Shown here one piece after another: positions 13,125-24,900 of a stretch of 64,000 bases of DNA. The notes beneath the pieces are model-generated. The model ran no database searches, was not told the origin of the DNA, and worked only from the letters and a program-made list of their open reading frames with translations. The translations under genes were made by a program, and so were the position numbers. This DNA comes from Camelus dromedarius. Its lineage: Eukaryota. Location of the stretch: assembly GCF_036321535.1 (NCBI RefSeq), contig NC_087436.1, positions 89,158,001-89,222,000 on the forward strand, written 5' to 3'. How positions within the stretch are numbered: position 1 is the first letter of the stretch; every line of letters begins with the position of its first letter.

Positions 13125-13365
13125 AAAAACAATAATTGTGATGATTAATTTATATTCAGTATTTGCTATATGCAGATACTATTCTAAGTATTAAATAATC
13201 TTCAAAATAACATTATGAGGTAGATACTATTATTATGTCCATTTTACAGAAAAACACATTTTACAAATAAAATAGCTGAAGTGTAGAGAGCTTAAGGAAC
13301 TTATTAAAGTTACTTGATCCCAGAGAGTCTGTTTTGAAGTCTGTTCTAACAGTATATAAATGGCC
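13125..13365 (-). mobile_element. MIR SINE
   Basis: TATGAGGTAGATACTATTATTATGTCCATTTTACAGA...GCTGAAGTGTAGAGAGCTTAAGGAACTT. Confidence 0.8.
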
Positions 13366-13413
13366 TCCTAATATTTGTATCAATGTCCTGTGATTTTTCT
13401 CATTATTTTCTTT

Positions 13414-14358
13414 TTTTTTTTTTAACATTTTTTATTGGTTTATAATCATTTTACAATGTTGTGTCAAATTCCAGTGTTCAGCACAATTTTTCAGTTATTC
13501 ATGGACATATACACACTCATTGTCACATTTTTTTCTCTGTGAGTTATCATAACATTTTGTGTATATTTCCCTGTGCTATACAGTGTAGTCTGTTCTACAA
13601 ATTTGAAATCCCAGTCTATCCCTTCCCACCCTCCACCCCCCTGGTAACCACAAGTCTGTATTCTCTGTCTGTGAGTCTATTTCTGTCCTTTATTTACGCT
13701 TTGTTTTTGTTTGTTTGTTTGTTTTTGTTTTTGTTTTTTAGATTCCACATATGAGCGATCTCATATGGTATTTTTCTTTCTCTTTCTGGCTTACTTCACT
13801 TAGAATGACATTCTCCAGGAGCATCCATGTTGCTGCAAATGGCATTATGTTGTCGGTTTTTATGGCTGAGTAGTATTCCATTGTATAAATATACCACATC
13901 TTCTTTATCCAGTCACCTGTTGATGGACATTTAGGCTGTTTCCATGTTTTGGCTATTGTAAATAGTGCTGCTATGAACACTGGGGTGCAGGTGTCATCCT
14001 GAAGTAGATTTCCTTCTGGATACAAGCCCAGGAGTGGGATTCCTGGGTCATATGGTAAGTCTATTCCTAGTCTTTTGAGGAATCTCCACACTGTTTTCCA
14101 CAGTGGCTGTACCAAACTGCATTCCCACCAGCAGTGTAGGAAGGTTCCCCTTTCTCCACAGCCTCTCCAGCATTTGTCATTTGTGGATTTTTGAATGACG
14201 GCCATTCTGACTGGTGTGAGGTGATACCTCATTGTAGTTTTGATTTGCATTTCTCTGATAATTAGTGATATTGAGCATTTTTTCATGTGCTTTTTGATCA
14301 TTTGTATGTCTTCCTTGGAGAGTTGCTTGTTTAGGTCTTCTGGACTGGGACTGGGTTG
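13414..14358 (-). mobile_element. Young lineage-specific L1, 5'-truncated (about 0.95 kb), with poly(A) tail and perfect 17-bp TSD
   Basis: TSD TTCTCATTATTTTCTTT at 13397-13413 and 14359-14375; poly(T) run on the + strand; uninterrupted ORF2 C-terminus. Confidence 0.97.
13738..14340 (-). pseudogene. L1 ORF2p C-terminal remnant (200 aa, stop-free), including the Cys-rich motif; not an autonomous gene
   Basis: Translation [23 protein letters not shown]...[18 protein letters not shown] (CX3CX7HX4C)...[10 protein letters not shown]...[23 protein letters not shown] and RT domains are absent because of truncation. Confidence 0.95.
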
Positions 14359-15329
14359 TTCTCATTATTTTCTTTCAGTAGACTTAGTATATTAATACAT
14401 TTTTAAACAAAAAATTTGCACCAATACAATGAATTAAAATGATTTACTGTAAATAATAAAAGATAAGTGTAAGGTAATGACAAAAAAACAAGATGATGCT
14501 ATCCAATTCCAGCTAGTCATGGCTTTATGACCAGCTCAGAGAGAGTGGCTTGCTGTCTATCTGTTACAAAGAAGACTAGCATTATTGGAGGGAGAGGAAA
14601 GACTTGTACCAGTTGGGAAAAATTACAAAAGACTGAAAGGGACCAAAAAGATAGCCCTTCTATGTTATCTCAGCTTTTCATTGTCCTTTGAGCTACTTTA
14701 CAACTCACTAAGTTGTAGAAAATAATGATAAGGCAAGTGATTCTTATCCATAGAAACACAAATTTATTGTGTCAAGTGACGTGAAATCGATTATTGTCTT
14801 GTGAACAGACCCCTTTGCTTCTACTTGTAATTTCATTTCAGCATTTCTTATTTGTCTAAATATGCGGAGTCCTTTGAACCTTCCTTTCATCCGGTTGCAG
14901 CATCTGACTGGTTCCCTTATTAATCAACGAGTTAAATCGTTCATACATGTTCATTTCATATTGGTAGGAGAGTCATAATTTTCCTTTTTTACAAAACCTA
15001 TCCTTTAACACAACAAACATATTTTTCTTTCTCCCTTTTGTAATCAGAAAGATGAGTAAGATTTGCAAAGGGAATAACTTTCTCAAGAAGTGGTTCAATA
15101 CTCTTTAATACTACTGTCATTTAATGTTCTAGGCAAAAATCATCCAGTGTATCACCACCACTAATGAGCATCTCACACTTGAACTAGATTACTATTTCTC
15201 AGGCTTGGCTGCTTTTCACAGTCTCCAGTGGAAGTTAAACCTGCAGCTGTGACATCCAATTATACGTAGCTGTGATCCTCAAGAGCATATAGTTGAAAAA
15301 ATAAAAAAACAAGTACAGTTGAAAGGTAT

Positions 15330-15935
15330 ACATGCACTAGGATGCAAGAGGGGCTTAGGAGCTGTTAGAAGGAGACTCAACCCAAGTTGGTGGCGGGGAG
15401 ACATTTCCTGGAAGAGGCTAGAGGTAGGACAAGGAGCTGTGAGCCAGGCACTGGTGGATGTGTTGTAATCTAAAGTAAGAGTGCACGGTGCAAGACCCTA
15501 GAACCATAAAAGAATGTGTGCTTTTAGAGAACTGGGGCAGTGCAGCATGAAATTCATGAAAATGAATTTTGATGTCACAATGAGAGATGGGAGGGAGGTG
15601 GGTAAAAGGGCTTTTGCAGCCAGTGTCTTTCAAACTTTTCTTCACGTCACTCTCCAACAAGAAATGCATTTTACCTTTCAAGTCAATACAACACACAAAA
15701 AATATTTAAGAAAAATTTCATGAAGCAACATTTACTCTTGATACTTAGAATGCATTTTCCTTTATTCTGTCTTATTCTATTGTATCCATTTCTAAAAATG
15801 CTTGTCATCACCCACTAAATTGGTTTCACCCGTTAATGAATGCAGTTTGACTACCATTGGATTTTGTTTATTTGCTGAACTAAGGAACTTGGACTTTATC
15901 CTGAACTGCTTAAGTGTGGAAGTGACCTGATGTTT
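15330..15935 (-). mobile_element. L2 fragment interrupted by a hAT MITE
   Basis: GAGACATTTCCTGGAAGAGG...; resumes after the MITE with TAAGGAACTTGGACTTTATCCTGA. Confidence 0.6.
15621..15859. mobile_element. hAT-Charlie MITE (MER103C-like)
   Basis: CAGTGTCTTTCAAACT...AAAAATGCTTGTCATCACCCACTAAATTGGTTTCAC...CAGTTTGACTACCATTG with degenerate TIRs. Confidence 0.7.
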
Positions 15936-16839
15936 AAATGCTCAATATTTGTTTGTTGACTGAATTACTGAATGACTGACTCCATCCATCCATTCATCCA
16001 TCCCAGAGAAAGAGGGTTGAATAAGGACTTTCCTATGCTCAGGTCATACCTCAGTTTGGTTCCCCAAGTGGTTCAGAAGGGAGGGATGCAAATAAGAAGA
16101 ATGAGAGTGAGCAGCATGGCGCCTAGTGCTCTGGCTGCAAGAACACAAGTACAACTCGTGCCTGCTGACCCCCAGAGGCCGTCTGTAATGAGCAGTGAGA
16201 CAGTTCATCTAAGTCACGAATTGTCACTGTAGCTTCTGTTTCCTTAGAAACAGGGCAACTAGTAAAGCTCCTGGCTCTAAAAATCACGGTAAAATATCCA
16301 GTAGCCAGATGGTCTGGCAATTGAAATTGTCATGCCTCTGTGAGCATTTATCATGAATTGGCATCACAAGAGAAAAGAAATCCTTTTGAGTGAGAATTGA
16401 GCAGGGATGGAAAAATGTGGTCTGCAGGGGTCTGTTGGTAATTGGCACCAAGGGGCAGGGAAAAGGCAGGAACCTGGGGACTGAAGCTCCACCCAGTCCA
16501 GCAATTCCCAGTTTACTTCTGTTGTCACTGTTCCTGCTGCTTTCTCACCCGCCGAGCTCAGCACTGTGAAATACATGCTGTTTCCATCCTCACAGTGTCC
16601 AGGAACAAATGCAATTTTGAGCACTTTCAGATCCTTCTTAAAGAAAATGAATTTCTTATACATCCCCTGCAAATGGAAAATGATAACCACCACCAGCCAG
16701 GAGAGACAGGAATGTAAGTATTTTACATTCCCTGGCATCTATTTCAGAGATTTCTGTGCTTTGTCTATGCCGTGGCTATTGGCAAAATACTTACTAGACA
16801 ATTCCATGTGAATAGAGGCCACATCATAAGACACTAAAT

Positions 16840-17045
16840 AATAACTTGTAGTTATTAAGTCCCGACCAAGTGCCGGGCACTGAGCTAAAAACTTAACCTT
16901 ATGGAAGCCAGCATGAGATACCTATTAGTAGTGTTCTCTTTTGACAAATGAAGAAACTGAGGTTTAGAGAGTTAGTTAAGGTTACAGCCAGTCATTTGAA
17001 TGCAGGTAGAATAGAGTCTGTGCTCTTGGACACTAAACAACTTTA
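16840..17045 (-). mobile_element. MIR SINE
   Basis: TTTGACAAATGAAGAAACTGAGGTTTAGAGAGTTAG. Confidence 0.8.
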
Positions 17046-17091
17046 CCAGATGTCTCCCCAAGTATAAGTGGTAAGACACAGAAGCTTTAGA

Positions 17092-17611
17092 ATAGGGCTT
17101 TGTGGACTTTTTGTGTCATAGACCCCTCTCACAGTCAGGTTAAACCTATGGATGCCATCTCAGAAAATGTATAGATGCAGAAGAGTAAAGAAAGGATCAC
17201 AAAGGGAAATATCTTGAAATATAACTAACAAAAATTAAGAAATACAGTAATATACATGCTTCTGCAGTAATGTCTTAAATAAGATCAGACAGTTGGTCAA
17301 CTATCTAGCATAATTTTGAAGTAGCAATTAGAGTCATTTACCCTAATGTTCAGTGGCATTTTGAAATACCTGCAATAACTGTAATTGGACAGAAAATAGG
17401 GTATGTTGGTACTTTCTTCTGGTTTAAAGTCACAAGTTCTGATAATTTTATTAAGGTCTGTTGCTTACATTTAACGTGGAAAGAAACATTAAATTTGTAA
17501 AAGAGTTTGGTGAAGGTAAAAATGCATATCTTTTCCGCCCAAGTTCAAGGACCCCTAGAATCCTACCCATGAGCCCTTTTAGGATCCCTGCATACCAGAT
17601 TAAGAGCCCTG
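17092..17611. mobile_element. hAT-Charlie non-autonomous element (MER119-like, name tentative)
   Basis: TTTTGTGTCATAGACCCC...AAACCTATGGATGCCATCTCAGAA...CCAAGTTCAAGGACCCC...CCAGATTAAGAGCCCTG. Confidence 0.7.
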
Positions 17612-17832
17612 GTTGTCCACCAGGGGCCATTTTATCCCCTCACTCCAGTGTATGGGGCCTTTGATAATGTCTGAAGACACTTTTGATTGTCATTACAGGG
17701 ACAGCACACAGGGACTTCTAGCAGGTAGAAGCCAAGGATGCTGTTAAATATTCTATGACATGCAGGACAGACCCACAGACCAAAGGATCATCCAGCTGCA
17801 AACATCAGTAGCACCAACGTTAGGATACCCTG
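17612..17832. mobile_element. MER20 (hAT-Charlie MITE)
   Basis: AATGTCTGAAGACACTTTTGATTGTCA...GGTAGAAGCCAAGGATGCTGTTAAATATTCTATGACATGCAGGACAG. Confidence 0.85.
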
Positions 17833-17834
17833 CT

Positions 17835-18025
17835 TTAGAGCAAGAGGATTTGGGTTTGAGTCCAAATGCTGAGACCCATAGCTGAGTGACCTTGAAAAAT
17901 ATTTCCCTTTGGAATCTTGGTTTCTTGATCTGCTAAAGTGAGAGTGTTAAGATTTACATCGCAGGGCATTTGAGAGGTTAAAAGAAAATAGTGTGAAGAT
18001 GCATAATAAAGCAATGCATCACACA
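17835..18025 (+). mobile_element. MIR SINE
   Basis: GGGTTTGAGTCC...TAGCTGAGTGACCTTGAAAAAT...CTTGGTTTCTTGATCTGCTAAAGTGAG. Confidence 0.75.
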
Positions 18026-18944
18026 TGTTTTCAAACTATGTTCTTCTGAGTCTTTAGATGACACAGGGTCATTTCAGGGGATACTTCTGAGGACTGAGAG
18101 GGAGGCTACAAGGCCAACGTTTCAGGCATGTAACCTACATTTGAACCAGAGAATTTCTGCTTTTTATTTATCTATTAAGCTTGTATGAAAGATATTGCAA
18201 AAGAGCTCTTTGCTGTCCAATATAATGCTAGACATTATGAAGCACATCATGTCAATCAAATACAAGAAAAGGATTATTGGCATTCCATCCCTTGGGTGTG
18301 CATACTACTGTGGGGGTTATGTTAGTGAGTGTGACTTTTGGTCAAAGTTTGAACACAGCGACTTGAGAAGAAAAGTACACTCAGTTTACTTTCATGTATC
18401 ATATTTTGGTGATTATTTTCTTTATACAAGCATAGAAAACAAATAAAAGTAGCAGGACATTCATATTTCAAAACCACCTTTCCCCTGCTGCTGACATGGA
18501 ACAGAACTTTCTCTTCCTCTGTTTCATGCATATGGTAATCAGTTTGCTTTCCTTTGAACTGGATAATTGTAAGAATCACAGAATACCCAAAGCCTGTCCA
18601 TGTATATTTATGTTCACTAACACAGTTACACAAGGGATCAGCAGAAATACTACTGGTTCTGTTGGTTTAAATGAAATTCCTTAATCAATCCCCTGAGAAG
18701 TGTTATCCAGGAGGTAACTACCAAATGTGCATGAATCTTTTATGTGCTTCATTCTATAACAGTTTCTGAGAGGCCTGCAAATGGGAATTTTGCGCAACAG
18801 AAATGAGCTGCTGACATTAGACAAGGCATCAAGTGGTTTCCTAATCTTGGAAACCTAATAGCACAGGCTTGGCACAGCAGCGCACAGACACGATAAACTT
18901 TTCTTGACTTAAACCTCCCTCCATCCATGGCCCTTGAAAGTCAC

Positions 18945-19170
18945 AGCAGCTAACATCTGCTGATTGGGCCTTTATGCCAAAACTTTACTATTATTAAATA
19001 ATAACCTTGTGAAGTCAGAACTGTCACCAGCATCCAGTTTATCAACCGAGGAAGCCAGAGCTCAGAGGGGTTGAGTGATTTGTCCAGGGTCACTTAGCTT
19101 GCAGGACCTGAAGGAGGATCGGAACACAGATCTTTTTGATTTCAGAGTACATGGTCTTAGCCATGCTAGA
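18945..19170 (-). mobile_element. MIR SINE
   Basis: GAGGAAGCCAGAGCTCAGAGGGGTTGAGTGATTTGTCCAGGGTCAC. Confidence 0.8.
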
Positions 19171-20234
19171 GGTTGCCTCTCCTGATCTAACCCTTCGCCC
19201 CTTCTCTGCCCCAGCAATGTGGTGACTATTTCAGCACTGCATCTGCAGTCAGACTAAGGGTGGGATTGGTTACAAAGAGTTAGACGACTGTGGAGTGCTT
19301 CCTCTCTATTGCTCTCTTACCAAGGCTCACCTGCCGTAAATGTAAAGAGGAAATTAACGTCAATTGCACCCTTTGTGGTCTCTTCCTTACGTGCTTCATT
19401 GAATTGTACCCTGAAGCTCTTCCTTACATGCCTTTGCCCAGGTAGTTGTTTGTAAACTACTCATTGGCTTAAAAGGAAGTTATCAAGATAGACCCAGGGA
19501 ACAAAGTTGTCAAAAGTTCAGCTCTTGGATTTTCAAAGGCTTCATTTCAAGGATGACATGAAGACAATTTGAAAATTGACTTAATCTAGTTTTTGATCTC
19601 CTTCTCTAGTCTGAAAAAGCAATCTGCTTTAGCTGAGTGGGAATGGCCATTTGGACAGCAGCTAGATCCAAAAGGATCTAGATCCCAGGCTCCACATGGT
19701 AAGTACAGGTGGCCAGCAGTACTGAGGATGAGACATTATGACCCTTGTGAGAAGACGGGGACAAAGCTCAGGCTTCCAGTTTCCCTTCTCATCTCCCACT
19801 GGTGAGAATTCCGCATTGAGAGCAGCCAGTGTACTGTCTTTCAAATTTCCTGTAGGCGCGATGCCTGCCTGTGTGCCTAAGATGTTGCTCAATCTTCCAT
19901 TTGGCTTTCTTGGGTGGGTAGCAATCTTCTTCACACTCTGGAATTGAGCACTGGGGTCATGTGACACTTATAGGGGTGATGAGGGTGTGTGGAGAAAAGA
20001 GCTTCTTATCTGGGCAACATGCAATAATTGGAACCAGTCTGCTGTAGCTGATTGTTCATAGAGAGCCATAGAAAATAGTGCCTTCCTTGCACAGATAATT
20101 TTACATTCCCTATAAAAGTTCAATAAGTGTTCTCTGTAATTGTAAGAGCCCGGAGGGAGGGTAATAATAATGAGCTCCAAGTCTATGAATGATCTTATAT
20201 TGACTGAGGTAATTTGCATACTGATTGTAAAAGC

Positions 20235-20455
20235 AACTTAACATCAACTGAATTCTTAACTAAGTGGCTGGCATTATCTTTAGCATTTTATAAGTATTAT
20301 TGCTTATAATCTCCATAAAATCCCTATGAGATGATATTGTTTTTAATTTTCATCTCACAAGACGGAGAAACTGAGGCTTAGTGAAGTCAAGTAAATTTGG
20401 GAGAGGTCAGAAAACTGGCAAGAGGTAGAATCTGGATTTGAGCCAGGTAGGTAAC
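20235..20455 (-). mobile_element. MIR SINE
   Basis: GGAGAAACTGAGGCTTAGTGAAGTCAAGTAAATT...CTGGATTTGAGCCAGG. Confidence 0.8.
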
Positions 20456-21664
20456 TCTTGGTTGAGAGAGAAGGAAAAAAATAATGAAGAAGAGGGCAAA
20501 TAGTAAAGGGGGATGGTGGGAGCATCCATCCATTTTTCCTGAAGGAAAAATATACTTATGAATGTATGCAAATATTTGTATGTATATAAATATATATGCA
20601 TATGCATGTGTAGAAAGAATCTATCTTCAATACATGTGTGTGTATGTGTGTATGTGTATGAGAGAAAGAGGAAATCTGCCTTCAATGTTTGTGTATCTGT
20701 GGTCTACTTTCTAAGAGATTCAATCTATGGCAGGTAACATCAATGTCAATAATAATATAGTAACTGGCAGATATCCTGAGACTGGGTGAAATGCCTTTAT
20801 CAGCATTCTCTTGTATAAGAATCTTTTTAATTGTCTCTTTTCCTAAACTGTAATTTTCCATCAGACAGGGGCTATAACTTGTTTATTCTTTTGTCCCAGA
20901 ACCTAGTACAGCCTCTGACTTGATCAGGGTCACCCCACCAGCTGGTGGGATTCAAACTCAGGCAATCCGGCACTTCAGCCAAACGTCTAAACATGACCTT
21001 GCCCCGTCTCTCGCAGAACAATCCTCTCGCAAATGCACTGCATTGTGATTTTAGGGCAGGGCTGCTTCTTTGGTGTGGGTGTAAATCAGATTCTCCTTAT
21101 ATTCTGCACATAAATTTGGTAGGAAATAAACTACCAGGAGAAATGGCGCCTGACTCCAAGCTTAAGAACAAAGCTGAGTATCCATAGCCCCTTGCATTGT
21201 CTTGCCAATTTCTTATTTAGCGTGTGCATTGAAACATGAATAAATATAGCAGATTAGGATGTCCTAGATGACTAGGAGCTGCCTGGGAGGATTTTATTCG
21301 GCAGAGCCTCTGCATAACATGATAGAAGGAAATGTTCAGGAATACTGCACATAAATAATAGATGCATACACAAGAAAGAGGAGAGCCTTAAGACTTTTTA
21401 AAGACAATTCACCAAAAAAAATTTTTTGTTTTTACATTTTTGTTTTTTTCTAGGATGCTGTAGGTAGGTCATATAAATTATGGATACTCAGCTTGTGGAT
21501 AATTAACTATTGAATAAGCTAGAGTTCACTGCAGTGATGACTCACATCATCTAGTTTGTGGATAATCGATTGTGGTGCTCTTGTCCTGGCTTTTGGCTCT
21601 GTTTACTGCCTATAAGCAGTCAAATAAAATTAGACTGAGGCAAAGTCAGAAAGCAGAAGTAAAA

Positions 21665-21800
21665 TGTGTACAAAGATATTCAATATAGCACTATTTACAG
21701 TAGTAGAACTTGGAAGCAAGCTAATTGTCCAATAATAGATTAATAGTTAAATAAATCCTGGTACATGTGGAGAAAGAAATACTATGATAGTAGAATAGTA
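21665..21800 (+). mobile_element. Old L1 (L1ME-like) fragment
   Basis: GTACAAAGATATTCAATATAGCACTATTTACAGTAGTAGAACTTGGAAGCAAGCTAATTGTCCAATAATAG. Confidence 0.7.
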
Positions 21801-24494
21801 TTTATACTGAAAATCTAATATGATTAAATACTTCAAATATGATAGACAATGGGATACCTTCAGTATAAGATATCTGGAATGAATCATTTTATTCATTCAT
21901 TTATTTACTTATTTTGCATTTTAATATATTAGAATGATTCATTTTAAATACCCTTCCTCCTCTACAGGACAAAATTGATTTCAGTAATAATCATGAAATG
22001 TAACAAACAGTAGCAATGGCCAGAAAAGAAATATGAATAGTAAAATTCATCTAAACTTGAACCTATTATATGATTACATGTCAATAAATAAAATAAACCA
22101 AAATAGATTAAAAAATAAATATTAGAGTACAGCAAAGGAAAAAGCAATAAATTAATGTTAAGAACGTATTTTTTTGGAAGGAAAGGGGCCAAAGCACATG
22201 GAGAAATACTGCCAAAAGGCTGAATTCCCAGTTTCAGAGGATGATTTGCACACAGAATGACAAAACTGAAGTAATGCGAGTTCTATTACTTTATCTTTAC
22301 AACCACTGTGCTACCATGATTTATTTCAGATCTACTAAGTGCAGGGATATACAGGACACAGGAGTTGAATACATCAACTGCCCTCGAAGTGAGCGCGAAT
22401 GATTCTGAACCATATGGAGCCTACTTTTGAGAAGAGAGGAACACATGCAGCTAATTTTTTGTCATGGACTACACAGAGTCCTTTGAATTAACTCCCATGT
22501 AGATCACAAAGTTAATTAAAATGTAAGAACTAAAATGAGCTACTTTGAAGCTTAAATATATATTGTATAAGTCAAATCCATCATGTCTTCACTAATTGTT
22601 TAGAAACTAGACCAATGAAAAATATTTTTGGAGAAAAAGTATTTTATTCTTGATATTTAGAATTGTGGGAGCATTGCGCTAATATAAAGAAGGCTAAATT
22701 TTACTTGGTTTTATTTATTAATTATTGCTTTTAATTTCTTCATAACACCTCCCCTCCCTTATTGCCTGTACTGGGGTGAATTTCTTCTACAGTTCCACTC
22801 CCGAAATACCATTGATGATTAATGTCAGGGAGAAAAAGATATAAAATTGTGTGTAAGGTATACTGGTGAGGAGAGTTTGAGACTCTCTTCTGCACAAGGA
22901 AGGTTGAAATGGTCTGCGAGGTGTCTGCAGTTTCTGCCATTTGGGCTATCTGAAACTAAATGTGTAACCTGGGCAAGGATGGGGTAAGTCAGGCAGAGAG
23001 ATGTTCCATGTTGGATAATGGCCAACAGACCAATCAGAACCTCTTTCTGGAGAAATAAGAATGCCAGTGCACAGATGAGGTAGGTTAATTACAGTGAGTA
23101 TTCAGGAAGATATTGTTTTGGTTCTTTATGGAGTCAGTCTCAGAGGCACTGCCACCCAAGTGATTATCTACTATGTGTTTTTTTTTTTTTTTTTCGTAAT
23201 AAAACTTCCATTATCTAAGCTTATCTCAATGGGTCAAAGTTACAGAATCGTTCAGTTTAAAAAAATGAACAAACAAAATAGAGATAACGATACAAATACT
23301 AGAAGAGAATATATAAACATTTTAACAATGGTTAGACTCTCTGCGTTGTGAGATAATGGGTATTTTATTTCTTCCTTAGTATTTTTCTATATTTCCTATG
23401 TTATCTACCATGAGCATGTGTTGCTAGCCTTTCAGGAAAATTTTTTTTAAAGAGATAACTATATATTTTCTATTTTCAACTTGATTGGCTTTAAAAGGAG
23501 AGAAGAAACAACCTTTATATCTATAATTCCTTGCATGGAAGTAAGTTCACTTTCCTCTGGAAAAACTAATGAGCGCATAATAAAAAGCTATTAACCTGCT
23601 GAGATTAAACACAGTTTATCCCGGGCTAGTTATCTGAAGTTTTACTTCTGTGATGTAGGGTAAACAGACTATTTGAAGTTTTTCCAGGGTAGTTAAGAGA
23701 CCAAGATAATGGTCAGGTAGTTACCTTGGACTGGAAAGTTGAGGTGGGTTAGTGCTTTTAACAATCTTTTGCTTATACGGAAAGGTTATTTTTGAAGACA
23801 GGAGTACGGAATGTTCCAAGTTCCCACAGTTGTCATGGAAACCTTTTAGCTAGCTGAATAGGTTAGTAGGATTTTATTTTCCCCACTTTGACAAATACAA
23901 GAAGACATGAATCCCAGCTTTGCATTACTAATCAGAAAACTTCTGTTTTCAAGTCTTCTGGCCTTAGATTAGTCACATTTTCTTTATATATATATATATA
24001 TTTTCTTTTCCACAACATAAAGCAACAGGCAAGTTCTCTTTCAAAAATCATTCCCACTTTAGCAAAGCCAAAATCGTGACTGGGCTGACCGCGCGGTGCT
24101 TGGGAGTAACACTCTGAAAGGCTCCTGCAGGTTAATTTAGGCTCCTGCCGAAATGCTTCTGATTTGTACTGACTTTCAATGGTTTCCTGGAGGTAAACTC
24201 ACTTGCTAATAGGCAGGAATTATTCCTCATTTTAGGAGCAACAGTCTGCCCATGCCAGCTTATAAAGCCCAGGTAAGCTTTAGGAAAAAGGCACCCTGAG
24301 GCTAAAACCAAAACAGCCCTGTCACGTGGGTGAATTCAGATCCAGCAAATCTGACTTTTTCCTCTTGTTTGTAACAACCTTTCACATTTCTTTGGAAGTA
24401 GAAATGGTCTAAGAATCTAAAGGCAAATTGGAAAACTAACAACTGCATTGCAGCAAAAGACTGACCACCTTGAGTGAACTAGTTGAAACTGGAA

Positions 24495-24600
24495 TTTTTT
24501 GCTGTTCTTTTTTTAATGGATGTGCTGGGGATTGAACCCAGGCAGGGCCTCTGCATGCTCAGCATGCATTCTACCACCGAGCTCTACCCTCTCCCACCCC
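24495..24600 (-). mobile_element. Camelid tRNA-Ala-derived SINE (vic-1 type), short and diverged
   Basis: The reverse complement reads GGGAGAGGGTAGAGCTCGGTGGTAGAATGCATGCTGAGCATGCAGAGG...CCTGGGTTCAATCCCCAGCACATCCATTAAAAAAA (A box, B box, A tail); it is similar to the copy at 62648. Confidence 0.88.
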
Positions 24601-24734
24601 TTGGGATTCTTCAAGAGTCAGTAGATACCCAAAGCCTTGGGTGTGTTGAGGGGAGGGAGTTGACAGTGGTACCTTACAGCTGGTTAAGCAGGGTGTAAGT
24701 AACAAGCAAGCCTAGGGTAATCATTAAGAATGTG

Positions 24735-24900
24735 AGATTTCTAGCTCTGTGAATTCCAGGAGTTCCTCTTGTCTCTTTGTTTCTCTATTAGTATAATGGA
24801 AATACTGAAAACACCCATCCCACAGGGTTGTGGTGAGGATTAATAAGCTAATACACGTACACTGCTTATTAGCCCTGGCCATAACACATGTTAAATAAGG
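24735..24900 (+). mobile_element. MIR SINE
   Basis: ATAATGGAAATACTGAAAACACCCATCCCACAGGGTTGTGGTGAGGATTAA. Confidence 0.75.

Larger units (their letters stand above)
13058..15185. mobile_element. hAT-Charlie DNA transposon relic (MER113/Charlie7-like, name tentative), interrupted by a MIR and a young L1
   Basis: TIR-like start CAGTGTTTCCCAAACT at 13058. Similarity resumes after the L1 (CAATTCCAGCTAG..., TGTAATCAGAAAGATG...GGAATAACTTTCTCA...AAAATCATCCAGTGTATCACCA). Confidence 0.55.

Noticed and set aside
19662..19681. Hairpin CTAGATCC-AAAA-GGATCTAG
   Set aside because: An 8-bp stem is expected several times by chance in 64 kb.
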